A DNA stretch of 64,000 nucleotides from Gemmatimonadota bacterium (lineage in GTDB: Bacteria; Gemmatimonadota; Gemmatimonadetes; Gemmatimonadales; GWC2-71-9): the NCBI GenBank assembly GCA_029863245.1, contig JAOTVV010000008.1, positions 17,651 to 81,650 of the forward strand, in the 5' to 3' direction. Both the position numbers and the translations under genes were made by a program. Below, one piece after another: positions 34,420 through 47,565 of the stretch. The notes beneath the pieces were generated by a model. That model was given only the letters and a program-made list of their open reading frames with translations. It made no database searches and was not told where the DNA came from. The first letter of the stretch is position 1; each line of letters opens with the position of its first letter.

Positions 34420-36036
34420 TCACCGCCCGGCCAGAATCCGGAGCACTTCTTCGAGCTTGTCGTGCCCCCGGGCGGAGAGCGCCCGGGATTCCTCCCTGAC
34501 GCGCGTCGCGAACTCCTTGTCCTCGATGTCGGTCAGGTTGATCAGCACGTTGCGATGGCACCCCCAGATGCCCGATTCCAGTGCCCTGGCGCCAACTTCC
34601 AGGTCCGATCGCATGGCGATGTTGGCGTGACGCCCGAGCGCGACCATCGCATCCCACGCGCGGTCGGCCGTCCGCATCGTGGCCAGCGGAACCTCCACCG
34701 CCTGCTTGAGCCCCGCCTGCATCGCCGCCTGTCGTCGCGAGCGTTCGTCTTCCGTGTCCTGCGGCATTGCCGTCGCCGCCACATACTGGCCGAAGGCGTC
34801 GGTGTCGGCGTCGATCATCGGCACCAGCGCCTTCATCGCTGCATGCACGTGCGGCAGGGCGGTTCGCATGTGCTCGTCGACCGATTCGAACTTGCGGCGC
34901 CCATAGGTGAGCTGGCCGACCATCGTCCCCAGTGCCGCTCCCATGGCGGCCATCAGGGCCGCCGCCGATCCGCCACCCGGCGCGGAGGTTCGCGCGCCGA
35001 GCTGTTCCACGAACACGCGGACCGTTGAGGACGCGAGCGGCTCCGACGTCTCGTCTTCGATCAAGTACTCGATCACCCGCTGGTCGGGATCGAACGGCGC
35101 AACCGCGTTGAGCCCCAGGCGCTCGATCACGAGCCGCATCTTCTGGCGCTCGTCGAGCACGAGCAGGTGATCCTTCTCGATATAGTGCTCAGCGGCCATC
35201 AGCATGGCTTCCCTCGGGATCAAGCCGACGAGCTCGGACCCGGTGACGGCCACCTCGAGCGCCTTCGCCCGATCAACGCATGCCTCGAACGCGACATGGA
35301 GCGGCGTCACTCGGTAGTCGTCGAGATTCATCGATACCTGCGCCAGGCCGTACTCGTCGACGTACCACCCCATGCCCTTCACGGCCTCGAGGGATCCCGG
35401 CGCATCCGGCCCCCGACCCTGCTCGCGCACGTCGAGCGCGATGCGGTGGGCCTGCTCCTTGGTGCCCAACACGTTCACGTTGTACGCGATCAGGAAGAAC
35501 CGCGCGCCGGCCGCCGTGGCGCCCCAGCTCGGGACGAACCTGGCCGACCCGTAATCCGGTTTCCACTTCGGATCGGCGAGCTTGTCGGCGAGACCCTCGT
35601 ATTCGCCGGCACGAATGTCTTTCAGGCTCCTGCGGTAGGTCCGATCCGAGGCAGCCTCGTAGAGGTAGATCGGTACCTCGAGCTCTTCCGCCGCACGCCG
35701 TCCGAACTCCTTGGCACACGTGACGCACTCGTCCATCGTCACGTTGGCCACGGGCACGAACGGACACACATCGAGCGCGCCCATCCTGGGGTGCGTCCCG
35801 GTATGACGCCGCATGTCGATGCGATTCCTGGCGACGCGCGCCGCCGCGAGCGCCCCTTCGACGACCGCGTCGGGCGACCCTACGAACGTGTAAACTGTCC
35901 GGTTCGTCGACTCGCCCGGATCGAGGTCGAGCACCGAGCAGCCGGGCGTGTTCCCGATCGCCTCCGCAATGGCGTCGATGGTCTCCCGATCACGCCCTTC
36001 CGAGAAATTCGGCACGCACTCGACGATCTTCCTCAT
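34420..36036 (-). CDS. Bifunctional glutamate formimidoyltransferase / formimidoyl-THF cyclodeaminase (FTCD-like)
   Basis: Start set at MRKIVECVPNFSEGRD (classic formiminotransferase N-terminus). The C-terminal ~200 aa resemble the cyclodeaminase domain (VRVFVEQLGARTSAPGGGSAAALMAAMGAALGTMV). Confidence 0.85.
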   Translation of the reverse strand: MRKIVECVPNFSEGRDRETIDAIAEAIGNTPGCSVLDLDPGESTNRTVYTFVGSPDAVVEGALAAARVARNRIDMRRHTGTHPRMGALDVCPFVPVANVTMDECVTCAKEFGRRAAEELEVPIYLYEAASDRTYRRSLKDIRAGEYEGLADKLADPKWKPDYGSARFVPSWGATAAGARFFLIAYNVNVLGTKEQAHRIALDVREQGRGPDAPGSLEAVKGMGWYVDEYGLAQVSMNLDDYRVTPLHVAFEACVDRAKALEVAVTGSELVGLIPREAMLMAAEHYIEKDHLLVLDERQKMRLVIERLGLNAVAPFDPDQRVIEYLIEDETSEPLASSTVRVFVEQLGARTSAPGGGSAAALMAAMGAALGTMVGQLTYGRRKFESVDEHMRTALPHVHAAMKALVPMIDADTDAFGQYVAATAMPQDTEDERSRRQAAMQAGLKQAVEVPLATMRTADRAWDAMVALGRHANIAMRSDLEVGARALESGIWGCHRNVLINLTDIEDKEFATRVREESRALSARGHDKLEEVLRILAGR

Positions 36037-36093
36037 CACCCCGTCCTGTGCTGAATGGTTTGGCCGGCCCCCAGTCATTTCGATCCGGCGGCG

Positions 36094-36597
36094 TCAAGTG
36101 AACGGATCGATCACGCCGCTGTCAACGGGATGGCCGTCGTCGTCATCGGGTCCTGCAATCGGCAACTCCGCCGCCAACACCAAGGCGTCTTCGCGCGGTG
36201 CGCGATAGTACGATCGCCGGCGGCCCACCGACATGAATCCGAGGCCGTGGTACAATGACTGGGCCGCGGCGTTCGACTCGCGTACCTCCAGGAACACGGT
36301 CTCTGCTCCGCGGTCAGCGAGTTGCCGGCACACTTCACGCACGAGCCGTCGAGCGATCCCGTGTCGCCGATGGCTCGGGTCGACGGCGACGTTGAGGATC
36401 TCGCCGACATCGGCCACACCCAGGGCGACCGCATACCCCGCCACTCGATCGCCGGTCGTCACGACGAGCATGACGTCCGACAGGGCCGAGTGGAAGCTGT
36501 CGAGCGACCACGGATCGCCGAACACCTCGCGCTCGATGTCGGCGACGGCAACCAGATCGGCCTCAGTCGCCGTCCGGATCCGGTAGCGGCCGCCCAT
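36094..36597 (-). CDS. rimI: Ribosomal-protein-alanine N-acetyltransferase (GNAT)
   Basis: Start set at MGGRYRIRTATEADL inside ORF 36094..37029. GNAT core ILNVAVDPSHRRHGIARRLV. 35-nt overlap with the tsaB 3' end. Confidence 0.8.
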   Translation of the reverse strand: MGGRYRIRTATEADLVAVADIEREVFGDPWSLDSFHSALSDVMLVVTTGDRVAGYAVALGVADVGEILNVAVDPSHRRHGIARRLVREVCRQLADRGAETVFLEVRESNAAAQSLYHGLGFMSVGRRRSYYRAPREDALVLAAELPIAGPDDDDGHPVDSGVIDPFT

Positions 36598-37285
36598 GCT
36601 TCGCTTCCCACCGGTCCTGGGCCGCCGCGCGGCGCCCGTAGGTCGGCTCGAATGCGTCGATATCGTCAATCCGCTTGGTGACCCCTTCGACGGCCAGCAA
36701 TTCCACGAGCGCGCTCGCGCGCGGCGCTCCCGCCGGCGGACCGACAGGATCGCGCCCGGTCCACGACCTGACCGCAGCCGAGTGTGCCACGGCACCATCG
36801 CCGGCGGCGACCACGGGGCGGCAGGGGATCCGCCGGGCGAGCTCGGCCGCCGGGAGCAGGGTGGGAGCCTGGCACTCCCGAACCGTCGTCCCGTCCGTGT
36901 CGTACACCGCGGCAAAGACGTCTCCACGCAGCGCGTCGTACAGCGCCGCCACCGGTCCCGGGACGACGCGGGCGATCGCCCAGGCCAGACCCAACAGCGA
37001 CGGGACCGAACGCAACTCGAGACCGTCACGCACCGCGAGAATGCCCTTCACCGTGGCCACCCCGATGCGGAGGCCCGTGAAACTGCCGGGCCCGTCCGCC
37101 ACGACGATCCCCGACACGGCGTTCCAGTCGGCGCCGGCGAGGCGCATTGCTTCGTCGATGGCCGGCATCAGGGCCGCGGCGTGGCGGCGGTCGCTGAACG
37201 TCAGCTCGGCAAGCACGCCTTCCGGTGACCCGACGGCAACGCTGCCCAGGTCGGTCGCGGTGTCGAGCGCGAGGTAGAGACTCAC
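36563..37285 (-). CDS. tsaB: tRNA t6A biosynthesis protein TsaB
   Basis: 240 aa. [19 protein letters not shown]..., GPGSFTGLRIGVATVKG. Confidence 0.85.
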   Translation of the reverse strand: MSLYLALDTATDLGSVAVGSPEGVLAELTFSDRRHAAALMPAIDEAMRLAGADWNAVSGIVVADGPGSFTGLRIGVATVKGILAVRDGLELRSVPSLLGLAWAIARVVPGPVAALYDALRGDVFAAVYDTDGTTVRECQAPTLLPAAELARRIPCRPVVAAGDGAVAHSAAVRSWTGRDPVGPPAGAPRASALVELLAVEGVTKRIDDIDAFEPTYGRRAAAQDRWEAKHGRPLPDPDGD

Positions 37286-37684
37286 GGCACGCGTTCCACG
37301 ATCCGTCGATCGGGATCGGCGTCGTGCGCCAGCGACAGATGGAGATCGGGCGGTGGGGCGAGCGTTCCGGCGTTCTCAGGCCACTCGATCAGGAGGAGGC
37401 GCGCCCGGCGCTGCAGATCGGCGAAATCGATGTCGACCGCGTCGTCCGGCTGGCGCAAGCGAAAGCAGTCGGCGTGGATGATGAGGCCTGCCGGCGAGGG
37501 ATACTCGTGCACGAGTGCAAAGGTCGGACTGCGCGCGTGCTCCGCGCCGGCGGCCAGGGCGATCGCCTGAACCAGCGCCGTCTTGCCCGAGCCGAGCTCA
37601 CCCGTGAGCCACACCACCGCACCCGGGGAAAGCGTGGCCCACAGCCGACGCCCCAGCTCGTCCAGCTCCACGCGCGTCACGGTC

Positions 37685-37704
<20 letters not shown>
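37282..37704 (-). CDS. tsaE: tRNA t6A biosynthesis ATPase TsaE
   Basis: 140 aa. [24 protein letters not shown]. Confidence 0.85.
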
Positions 37705-39733
<2,029 letters not shown>

Positions 39734-39770
39734 GGGGGAAAGATAGCGCGCCGTCGTGGGCGCGAAACGT

Positions 39771-41936
39771 TCAGATGCTGCGCGTGGGCTCCCGGCGCTC
39801 GACGGACTGCACGCCCTTCACCCGGCGCATGGCCCGCATGACCTTGGCCAGGTGCGCGTGATTCTCCACCTCGACCAGCACCGAGCCGAACACGACGCCG
39901 TCTTTGCTGGACAGCTCGGCGCTCTTGATGTTCGTGCCGCTCCCTGAGACGGCCTCCATGAGGTCCGCATAGAGGCCCCGGCGGTCCTCCCCCGACACCC
40001 CCACGCTCACCACGAACACCTCCCCCTGCACCACCTGCCAGTCGATCTCGACGCGCCGTTCCGGGTCGGCGGACATCGACAGAAGGTTGGGACAGTCACT
40101 GCGATGGATCGAGATTCCGCGACCCTTCGTCACGAATCCGACCACGGGGTCTCCGGGGACGGGCTGGCAGCACTGAGCGTAGCGGACCATTAGGCCATCG
40201 ACGCCGTGAATGCGGACCCCGCGGCCGAACCGGATGCGGTCGATGACGCGCCCGAACCGCGTGGGAGTGGGCGGCTGCAGCTCCCCGCTCGCGCGATCGG
40301 GGAACAGCGCCTTGAACACCTGGCCGATTGGCACATCCCCCCGGCCCAGGACCGAGTAGAGCATGTCGGCGGATGCCACCGAGAGCCGCTTTGCGGCTTC
40401 CTCGATGACCGCCTCGGCCGGCATCTCGAGACGGCGGCGGCGGAGCTCGCGCCCCAGGATTTCCTTGCCGAGTCCGGCGCTGCGCTCCGCCTCCTCCTTG
40501 TTGATCCACTGCCGGATCTTGTGCCGGGCCCGTGCCGTACGGACGTGGGCGATCCAGTCCTTGCTCGGGCGGGCGAACGGCCCGGTCAGGATCTCGACGG
40601 TATCACCGTTCTTGAGCGGCCGGTGCAGCGGCGCGATCCGTCCGTTCACCCTGGAGCCCTGGCAACGCAGGCCCACTTCGGTGTGCACGGCAAAGGCAAA
40701 GTCGATGGGTGTCGCCCCCGTCGGGAGCCGCTTCACGTCGCCGCGGGGCGTGAAGACGAAGATCTCGTCCTGATAGAGATCGATCTTGAGGAACTCGAGG
40801 AACTCCTCGGGGTTCCGCGTATCCTGCTGCAACTCGAGCAACTGTCGGAACCACTCGAAGCGCGTGTCCAGCTCGTCCGGGGAGCGCTGTTCCTTGTAGA
40901 CCCAATGCGCCGCGATGCCGTACTCGGCGGTCCGATGCATCTCGCGTGTCCGAATCTGGATCTCGTACAGCTGTCCGGCGGGGCCGAACACCGTCGTGTG
41001 CAGCGACTGGTAGCCGTTCGATTTGGGCGAAGCGATGTAATCCTTGATCCGCTCCTGGAGCGGGGTCCACTGATGGTGGATGACGCCCAGGACATGGTAG
41101 CAGTCGGGGACCGAGCGCACGAGAACCCGGATCGCCATCAGATCGTAGATCTCCGCGAAAGGCAGGTTGCGGAGCCGCATCTTCCGGTCGATGGACCACA
41201 GGTGTTTCGGGCGCCCCGTCACATCGAAGTCGGCAATGCCGGCCTGACGTAGGGCGTCCTCGAGCGGGGCCTTGAGGCGGCCGATCATCTCCTCCCGCTC
41301 GTCTCGCTTGGCCTGGATCTGCTCGACGAGCGCTTCGTACTCCTCCGGCTCGAGGAACTTGAAGGCCAGATCCTCCAGCTCGGTTTTGATGCTGGCCATC
41401 CCGAACCGGTGTGCCAGCGGGGCGTAGATCTCACGGGTTTCCAATGCGATCGTCCGCCGGCGCGGCTCGGGCAGGTGCTCGAGCGTGCGCATGTTGTGGA
41501 GTCGATCGGCCAGCTTGACCATGATCACCCGGGCGTCGCGGGCGATCGAGAGCAGCAACTTCCGGTAGTTCTCCGATTGCTCTTCGGCAGACGACCGGAA
41601 CGTGAGGCTCGAGATCTTGGTGAGCCCATCGACGATGTCCGCAACTTCGTCGCCGAACTCCGTCCGGATTTCTGCCAGCGTGACGTCGGAGTCCTCGGCC
41701 ACGTCGTGAAGCAAGGCCGCCGCGATCGTGATCGAGTCGAGCTGTTGGCGCACGAGGATCTTGGCGACTTCCACCGAATGCGAGATGAAGTCGTGACCGG
41801 AGAGCCGCTTCTGCCCCCGGTGGGCGCTGGCGCTCAGGTGAAAGGCGCGCTCGATCAGATCGAGGTCGATCCGATCCTGCCGCTCGGACACCGCCCGTGC
41901 GAATTCGGCATCAACGCCGTGCAGCACGCTCGTCAC
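39771..41936 (-). CDS. relA: Bifunctional (p)ppGpp synthetase/hydrolase RelA/SpoT family
   Basis: ORF 39771..42275. Start set at GTG 41936 ([12 protein letters not shown]), overlapping the radC stop as GTGA. HD domain (HDVAEDS), synthetase (YQSLHTTV), TGS and ACT-like C-terminus. Confidence 0.9.
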   Translation of the reverse strand: MTSVLHGVDAEFARAVSERQDRIDLDLIERAFHLSASAHRGQKRLSGHDFISHSVEVAKILVRQQLDSITIAAALLHDVAEDSDVTLAEIRTEFGDEVADIVDGLTKISSLTFRSSAEEQSENYRKLLLSIARDARVIMVKLADRLHNMRTLEHLPEPRRRTIALETREIYAPLAHRFGMASIKTELEDLAFKFLEPEEYEALVEQIQAKRDEREEMIGRLKAPLEDALRQAGIADFDVTGRPKHLWSIDRKMRLRNLPFAEIYDLMAIRVLVRSVPDCYHVLGVIHHQWTPLQERIKDYIASPKSNGYQSLHTTVFGPAGQLYEIQIRTREMHRTAEYGIAAHWVYKEQRSPDELDTRFEWFRQLLELQQDTRNPEEFLEFLKIDLYQDEIFVFTPRGDVKRLPTGATPIDFAFAVHTEVGLRCQGSRVNGRIAPLHRPLKNGDTVEILTGPFARPSKDWIAHVRTARARHKIRQWINKEEAERSAGLGKEILGRELRRRRLEMPAEAVIEEAAKRLSVASADMLYSVLGRGDVPIGQVFKALFPDRASGELQPPTPTRFGRVIDRIRFGRGVRIHGVDGLMVRYAQCCQPVPGDPVVGFVTKGRGISIHRSDCPNLLSMSADPERRVEIDWQVVQGEVFVVSVGVSGEDRRGLYADLMEAVSGSGTNIKSAELSSKDGVVFGSVLVEVENHAHLAKVMRAMRRVKGVQSVERREPTRSI

Positions 41937-42619
41937 AGCAGCCCGGCCTCCGCGAAGCTGAAGTAGTGATCTCCCGCCACGATCACATGATCGTACACCG
42001 GCAGGTCCAAGAGGCGCCCCGCCTCGACGAGTTGGCGGGTCACCGCCCGGTCGTCCGGGGACGGTGTCGGATTGCCGCTGGGGTGGTTGTGCACCACGAT
42101 GATGGCGGCAGCCGCCTCGGCGATCGCGGCTCGGAATACCTCCCGCGGGTGGACCAGTGAACTGTTGAGGATGCCGCGCGTGATGAGCTGATCGCGAGTG
42201 ATCCGGTTCTGCGTGTCTAACGTGAGCAGGTGAAACTCCTCGACCGCGAGATCCCGCAGTGCCGGCGCGCACCATTGGTGGATATCCGCCGGTGCCCGGA
42301 TCGGAAATCCCGGTGCCGATTCCTCGGCGCCGAGTCGCCGTCCCACTTCGAGAGCAGCCGCCACTCGTGCGGCCTTGGCGCGACCCATCCCAGCCACTCC
42401 AACCAACTCGCCAACGGGTCGGCGGGCCAGCTCACGCAGCGATCCCTCCCCAATCTTGAGCACGGCCCGCCCGACCTCGAGCGCATCCCTCCGCGACGTC
42501 CCCGTCCCTATCAGAATGGCGAGAAGTTCGATCAGCGTCAACGACGCCGAACCCAGGGAAAACAGCCGCTCCCGGGGCCGTTCGGCGGCCCGGACGTCGG
42601 AAATGCGCAGGGAATCCAT
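41933..42619 (-). CDS. radC: RadC-family JAB-domain protein
   Basis: 228 aa. ERPRERLFSLGSASLTLIELLAILIGTG, JAMM motif VVHNHPSGNPTPSPDD. Confidence 0.85.
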   Translation of the reverse strand: MDSLRISDVRAAERPRERLFSLGSASLTLIELLAILIGTGTSRRDALEVGRAVLKIGEGSLRELARRPVGELVGVAGMGRAKAARVAAALEVGRRLGAEESAPGFPIRAPADIHQWCAPALRDLAVEEFHLLTLDTQNRITRDQLITRGILNSSLVHPREVFRAAIAEAAAAIIVVHNHPSGNPTPSPDDRAVTRQLVEAGRLLDLPVYDHVIVAGDHYFSFAEAGLL

Positions 42620-42674
42620 GGCCCGAGGATGGGGCCGGGATGTCCGGCAGCGGTAACCGTTTGAGTGCGCTCGA

Positions 42675-42852
42675 GATGGGAAAAGGGAAGAGGGAAAGGG
42701 GAAAAGGGGAACGGAAAGAACGGGGATGCCAGGGAATTGGGATGACGTGGATCCACAGATCGACGGACCGTCCGATCAAGGGGATCCCTCTCGCATGCGC
42801 GGTCCCCCTCCCCCTTCCCGCTTCCTTGTTCCCTTTTCCCTTTTCCCCACCC
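42675..42852. repeat. Polypurine/polypyrimidine inverted repeat (locus D): purine arm 42675-42726, 77-nt core, pyrimidine arm 42804-42852
   Basis: Left arm gatgggaaaagggaagagggaaaggggaaaaggggaacggaaagaacgggga; right arm ccccctccccttcccgcttccttgttcccttttcccttttccccacccc. The core carries GGATCC...GGATCC with a near-palindrome gatcgacggaccgtccgatc. The right arm ends at the secA stop codon (42853). Confidence 0.8.
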
Positions 42853-45800
42853 CTACCCACTCGCTCCGTGGCATCTCTTGTACTTCTTGCCGCTCCCGCA
42901 GGGACAGGGATCGTTCCGGCCGACCTTCGGCATGGTGCGACGCTGTGGCTCGGTCGCCACCGCCTCGCCGTCACCGTGGGTCGCGCGAAGAGCCGACGGT
43001 GGCGGGCCCCTGCGGGTGGGAACGGCCCCTGCCATGAGGTCCTCTTCCGCCACGCCAGCATCGGGCTTCTCGAGCGTGGTGGCGACGGGACGTTGGGGCT
43101 GGACTGGACGCTGGGGCGCCCCGGCCGTGATCTGGACCTGGAATTTTAGCAACCGCTCCGTGAACGTGGACTTCATGTCGGACATCAAGCCCACGAACAT
43201 GTCGAACGCTTCTTTCTTGTACTCGATCAGCGGGTCTTTCTGTCCCCAGGCGCGGTACTGAATCCCGGCGCGCAGGTGATCGAGCTCGAACAGATGGTCC
43301 TTCCACTTCTCGTCGATCACGGAGAACATGACGTGTGACAGCAGTCGCTCGGGCAGGTCCTCAGCCCCGTGGCGTTTCCCCAACTCCGACCAGGCATCGA
43401 GCTTGGCCCTGAACGTCTCGCGACCCGCCCGGACGAGGAGGTCGTGCAGCGCCTCCGGATCGGGCACTTTCTCAGCATCCAGGATATCCGGCGCCGAGAT
43501 GAAATACTTCAGGAGCAGCTCGTTCTTGATGAGATCGCGGTCCCATTCCTCAGCGTGGTCCGGCACCGCCTCCCGCGCGTAGCGGCCCACGGCGTCGTCG
43601 ATCATCCTGATCGCCTCGGCCTTCAGCTCTTCCCCACCCTCCAAGGCAAAGAGCCGTTGCGAGTAGACGACCTCCCGCTGCTGGTTCATGACGTCGTCAT
43701 AGTCCAGCAACCGCTTCCGAGACTGGAAGTTCTGATACTCGACCCGCTTCTGTGCGCCGGCGATGGCCCGTGTCACGAGGGGGTGGGTGATTACCTCGCC
43801 CTCCTCGGCGCCTGATTTGTCCATGATCTTGGCCACCCGATCGGAGCCGAACAGCCGCATGAGGTCGTCCTCGAGCGACAGGTAGAACATGCTCGACCCC
43901 GGATCGCCCTGCCGGCCGGATCGCCCCCGCAATTGCCGGTCGATGCGTCGAGACTCGTGCCGCTCCGTGCCGATCACGACGAGTCCGCACGGCGGGTCGT
44001 CGTTGCACTGGAGCTTCGTGATCTCCGCATCCGACAGATCGGCCTCTTCTATGACTTGCCCGAAGGGCGCGAGCCGCGCCTTGATCCCGCACACGCGACA
44101 CTGCTTCACGCCCGGACCGAGTTTGATGTCGGTTCCACGACCCGCCATGTTGGTGGCGATCGTGATGGATCCGGACCGTCCAGCCTGAGTGACGATCTCC
44201 GCCTCGCGCTGGTGCTGCTTCGCGTTCAGCACCTCGTGCCTGAGCCCGCGCCGCTTGAGCATGCGGGCCAGGGTCTCGGACACCTCCACGCTCGTGGTGC
44301 CGACGAGCACCGGCAGGTTGCGTTCGTGCTGCCGAGTCACCTCGTCGATGATCGCGTTGTATTTCTCGCGGCGGGTCCGGTAGATGAGGTCGTGGCCGTC
44401 CACCCGACGCACGGGGCGGTTCGTCGGGATGACCATCACCTCCAGACCGTAGATCTGGAAGAACTCGCCCTCCTCCGTTTCGGCCGTCCCGGTCATGCCG
44501 GAGAGCTTGTCGTACATGCGGAAGTAGTTCTGGATCGTGATGGTCGCGAGCGTCTGCGTCTCACCACGGATCGTGACCGATTCCTTTGCCTCGACCGCCT
44601 GGTGCAACCCGTCCGACCAGCGCCGTCCCGGCAGGATCCGCCCGGTGAACTCGTCAACGATGAAGACTTGGCCGTCCTGCACGACGTACTCGACGTCCTT
44701 CTCATACAGCGCGTGCGCCTGCAGGAGCTTGTGGATGATCTGCAGCTTCTCGCTCTTCTCGGCATACTCGGCCTCGAGCGTCTGCCGTCGCTCCAGCTTC
44801 TCCTGCGCCGACAGAGTCTCGTCGTGCTCGATCCGGCCGAACTCCTCCGAGATGTCGGGAACGATGAAGAGATCCGGATCGTCCGGACTCATCGTCTCGA
44901 CGCCCTGGTCGGTGAGGTGCACCGAATGCCCTCGTTCGTCGAGCACGAAGTAGAGGGGGTCTTCGACGTGCGCCAGGCGCCGCTGCGTGGCCGGGAGCTT
45001 CCGGTCTGCGACCCGGTCGAGCTCGATCCGTTGGACCAGCTGCTTGATGCCGGGCTCCTGCAGGTACTTCATGAACTTCTTGTTCTTCGGCATGCCCAGC
45101 TGAGCCTGGAATAGCTTCACCCCGGTGTCATAGTCCGTGGGCCCATCGTTCATCGCCGCCTCGGCTTCGGCCAGCAACTCGTTCACCACGGCCGTTTGCT
45201 TCCGCACGAGGTTCCGCACCTGCGTATTGAAGGTGGAGTACTTCTGGTCCGCCTCATTGCCCACGGGTCCGGAAATAATGAGCGGCGTGCGGGCCTCGTC
45301 GATGAGGATGCTGTCCACCTCGTCCACGATGGCGTATACGTGCCGGCGCTGGACCCGCTGGTCCAGCGAAAACACCATGTTGTCGCGGAGGTAGTCGAAC
45401 CCGAACTCATTGTTCGTGCCATACGTCACGTCACACTCGTACGCCGCCCGGCGTTCCGGTGTGGACGGCTCGGTGTCATCGAGGCACCCCACGGTGAGAC
45501 CGAGCCACTTGAAGACATGACCCATCCACTGGGAGTCGCGCCGCGCCAGGTAGTTGTTCACCGTGATCAGGTGCGTGCCGTCGCCCGGCAGCGCGTTCAG
45601 GTACATGGGGAGGGTGGCAACTAGGGTCTTCCCTTCGCCGGTCGCCATCTCCGCGATCTTCCCCTGATGCAGCACGATGCCGCCAATGAGTTGGACGTCG
45701 TAGGGAACCATGTCCCACTCCAGCTCGTGGGCCGTGACGACGACCTTCGTGCCCAGGAGCCGCCGGCACGCCTCGCGGACCGTTGCAAAGGCCTCGGGAA

Positions 45801-46119
45801 GGAGATCGTCCAGCACCTGTGCCGTCTCGGCTTTGAGCTGTTCCTCGAGGTCGGTCACCTCGTGGTTTAGCGCGTCCCGCTCCGTGGGATCCGCGCAGTC
45901 GTGGCGCGCCTGCCGCTTGTCGGCCAGTCGGGAATGGAGTTCCCCCAAGCGTTCCGCCAGGAGCCCGCGCAGCTTGGCCGTCTGCGCCTGTACCTCCTCG
46001 TCGGACAGCTGGGCCAGACGCGACTCGTGCTCCATGATCGCGTCGACGATTGGCTGAATGCGCTTGACCTCGCGATCAAAACGCGAGCCGATGACCTTCG
46101 TAACGAGCTTCTTGAGCAT
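42853..46119 (-). CDS. secA: Preprotein translocase ATPase SecA
   Basis: 1088 aa. [29 protein letters not shown] motor motifs, C-terminal zinc finger [19 protein letters not shown]. Confidence 0.95.
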   Translation of the reverse strand: MLKKLVTKVIGSRFDREVKRIQPIVDAIMEHESRLAQLSDEEVQAQTAKLRGLLAERLGELHSRLADKRQARHDCADPTERDALNHEVTDLEEQLKAETAQVLDDLLPEAFATVREACRRLLGTKVVVTAHELEWDMVPYDVQLIGGIVLHQGKIAEMATGEGKTLVATLPMYLNALPGDGTHLITVNNYLARRDSQWMGHVFKWLGLTVGCLDDTEPSTPERRAAYECDVTYGTNNEFGFDYLRDNMVFSLDQRVQRRHVYAIVDEVDSILIDEARTPLIISGPVGNEADQKYSTFNTQVRNLVRKQTAVVNELLAEAEAAMNDGPTDYDTGVKLFQAQLGMPKNKKFMKYLQEPGIKQLVQRIELDRVADRKLPATQRRLAHVEDPLYFVLDERGHSVHLTDQGVETMSPDDPDLFIVPDISEEFGRIEHDETLSAQEKLERRQTLEAEYAEKSEKLQIIHKLLQAHALYEKDVEYVVQDGQVFIVDEFTGRILPGRRWSDGLHQAVEAKESVTIRGETQTLATITIQNYFRMYDKLSGMTGTAETEEGEFFQIYGLEVMVIPTNRPVRRVDGHDLIYRTRREKYNAIIDEVTRQHERNLPVLVGTTSVEVSETLARMLKRRGLRHEVLNAKQHQREAEIVTQAGRSGSITIATNMAGRGTDIKLGPGVKQCRVCGIKARLAPFGQVIEEADLSDAEITKLQCNDDPPCGLVVIGTERHESRRIDRQLRGRSGRQGDPGSSMFYLSLEDDLMRLFGSDRVAKIMDKSGAEEGEVITHPLVTRAIAGAQKRVEYQNFQSRKRLLDYDDVMNQQREVVYSQRLFALEGGEELKAEAIRMIDDAVGRYAREAVPDHAEEWDRDLIKNELLLKYFISAPDILDAEKVPDPEALHDLLVRAGRETFRAKLDAWSELGKRHGAEDLPERLLSHVMFSVIDEKWKDHLFELDHLRAGIQYRAWGQKDPLIEYKKEAFDMFVGLMSDMKSTFTERLLKFQVQITAGAPQRPVQPQRPVATTLEKPDAGVAEEDLMAGAVPTRRGPPPSALRATHGDGEAVATEPQRRTMPKVGRNDPCPCGSGKKYKRCHGASG

Positions 46120-46694
46120 CAGTCTTCAGTTCGATACAGTCCGTGCGTCGTGATGTATTGAGCAACGGCGTCTGGTATGAGTCCCGCGACCGACTCCCCG
46201 CGCCGGAGGCGCGCTCGGACGTCGGTGGCCGACGCGGCGACCGCCGGAACTTCCACCAATTCAGCCGGCCAGGGCAGATCGGGCATCCCTGCTCCAGGAC
46301 GCGTGAGCACGCCGATCCGTGCAAGCCGGGAGATCTCCGCGCCCTCGCGCCACCCGGGCAGCTCCCGGGCCGCGTCCGCCCCAACCAACAAACATAATGC
46401 GTCCTCTGGGAATTCGGCTCGGAGTTCCCGGAGTGAATCGATGGTGTACGACACCCCGCCGCGTTCCACCTCCCGGGCGTCCGCTCGCAATCCCGGGGAT
46501 TCCGCGACCGCCACTCGCAGCATCGCCAGGCGGTCGCGGGCCGACGCGACGTGTCCCTGTGTCTTGAAGGGCTGGCGGTTGGCGGGAATCAAGTGAACCA
46601 CGTCGAGACCCAGACGATCTCGAGCGGCGCGCGCCACAACGAGGTGGCCGATGTGAACGGGATCGAAGGAACCGCCGAAGACGCCTCTGAGCAT
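46119..46694 (-). CDS. nadD: Nicotinate-nucleotide adenylyltransferase
   Basis: 191 aa. [25 protein letters not shown]-like C-terminus. Confidence 0.85.
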   Translation of the reverse strand: MLRGVFGGSFDPVHIGHLVVARAARDRLGLDVVHLIPANRQPFKTQGHVASARDRLAMLRVAVAESPGLRADAREVERGGVSYTIDSLRELRAEFPEDALCLLVGADAARELPGWREGAEISRLARIGVLTRPGAGMPDLPWPAELVEVPAVAASATDVRARLRRGESVAGLIPDAVAQYITTHGLYRTED

Positions 46695-46756
46695 GTCAGG
46701 ACTGGTGGGCTCGGAGATGGGCCGTCATGGGGTGGTGGCGTCGCGCCCGGACACCG

Positions 46757-47485
46757 TTATCCCCGGCAGCGTCCTTCCCCGTCCTCGGTCCCTGGGTAGT
46801 ACTGCTCAAGGTGCAGGCACATTTCCTTCTTCTCTTCATCGTATCCGATGCGGTCGTATGCCTTCACCAGGCCGAGCACGGCCTTCGGCGCGTACGAAGT
46901 CCGCGGGTACTTCGCGATGATGTCCTTGAAGTAGATGATGGCCGAATCGTAGGCGCGGAAACGCAGGTAGAAGTCGCCGTTCCTGAAACCCTTCGCCGCA
47001 AAGCGCTCGTTTAGTTGGGCAACTCGGATTTGGGCCCGTGTGGCCGCCGGACTCGACGGGAAGCGTCCGAGGAGTTCCGTGTAGGTCGCGAGAGCAGTCT
47101 CGCCGTAGGCCGGATCGAGTTCGGGGTTGTTCCACAGCTTCAGATACGCATCGCCGGCCCGGAGCAGCGCGTCCGGGGCGAGTCGATGGCGCGGATACTC
47201 GTCCGCGACCCGACGGAACTGCCGAGCCGCTTCCAGCCCCTCACCCTGTTGCAGCATGCATTCCGCGAGATAGTACCGAACGTCGGCACTCCGGTCGTCG
47301 CGGGGCGGGAGCTCGAACGTGAGACGCTGGAATCCCTGCTGCGCGACACTCCAGCGCCCGGAGCGGAACGCTTTCATGGAGGCCTCGTACAGCGATTCAG
47401 GTGTCGGGTGCTGGCTCGGGTCGAGCTTGGCGCTGCATCCCGACAGGAGCAGCAGCGACACGAATAGGGTCAAGGAACGGTGCAT
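46757..47485 (-). CDS. bamD: Outer membrane protein assembly factor BamD
   Basis: Start set at MHRSLTLFVSLLLLSGCS (lipobox). YfiO-type TPR body (YYLAECMLQQGEGLEAARQFRRVADEYPRHRLAPDALLRAGDAY...YLRFRAYDSAIIYFKDIIAKYP). Confidence 0.8.
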   Translation of the reverse strand: MHRSLTLFVSLLLLSGCSAKLDPSQHPTPESLYEASMKAFRSGRWSVAQQGFQRLTFELPPRDDRSADVRYYLAECMLQQGEGLEAARQFRRVADEYPRHRLAPDALLRAGDAYLKLWNNPELDPAYGETALATYTELLGRFPSSPAATRAQIRVAQLNERFAAKGFRNGDFYLRFRAYDSAIIYFKDIIAKYPRTSYAPKAVLGLVKAYDRIGYDEEKKEMCLHLEQYYPGTEDGEGRCRG

Positions 47486-47565
47486 CAGGTGCAGTAGTAC
47501 CCGAGAGCGGCCGAGAGTTCCGGGTGTCGGCCGCGGGTCGGCCGCAGGTTCGAAGCGGGACGCCG

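Noticed and set aside
36598-37029. Long N-terminal extension of the rimI ORF (311 aa)
   Set aside because: It overlaps tsaB in another frame. The GNAT domain and a normal-length RimI begin at MGGRYRIRT (36597).
41937-42275. Long N-terminal extension of the relA/spoT ORF
   Set aside because: It overlaps radC. A GTG at 41936 overlapping the radC stop gives a normal 721-aa RelA/SpoT.
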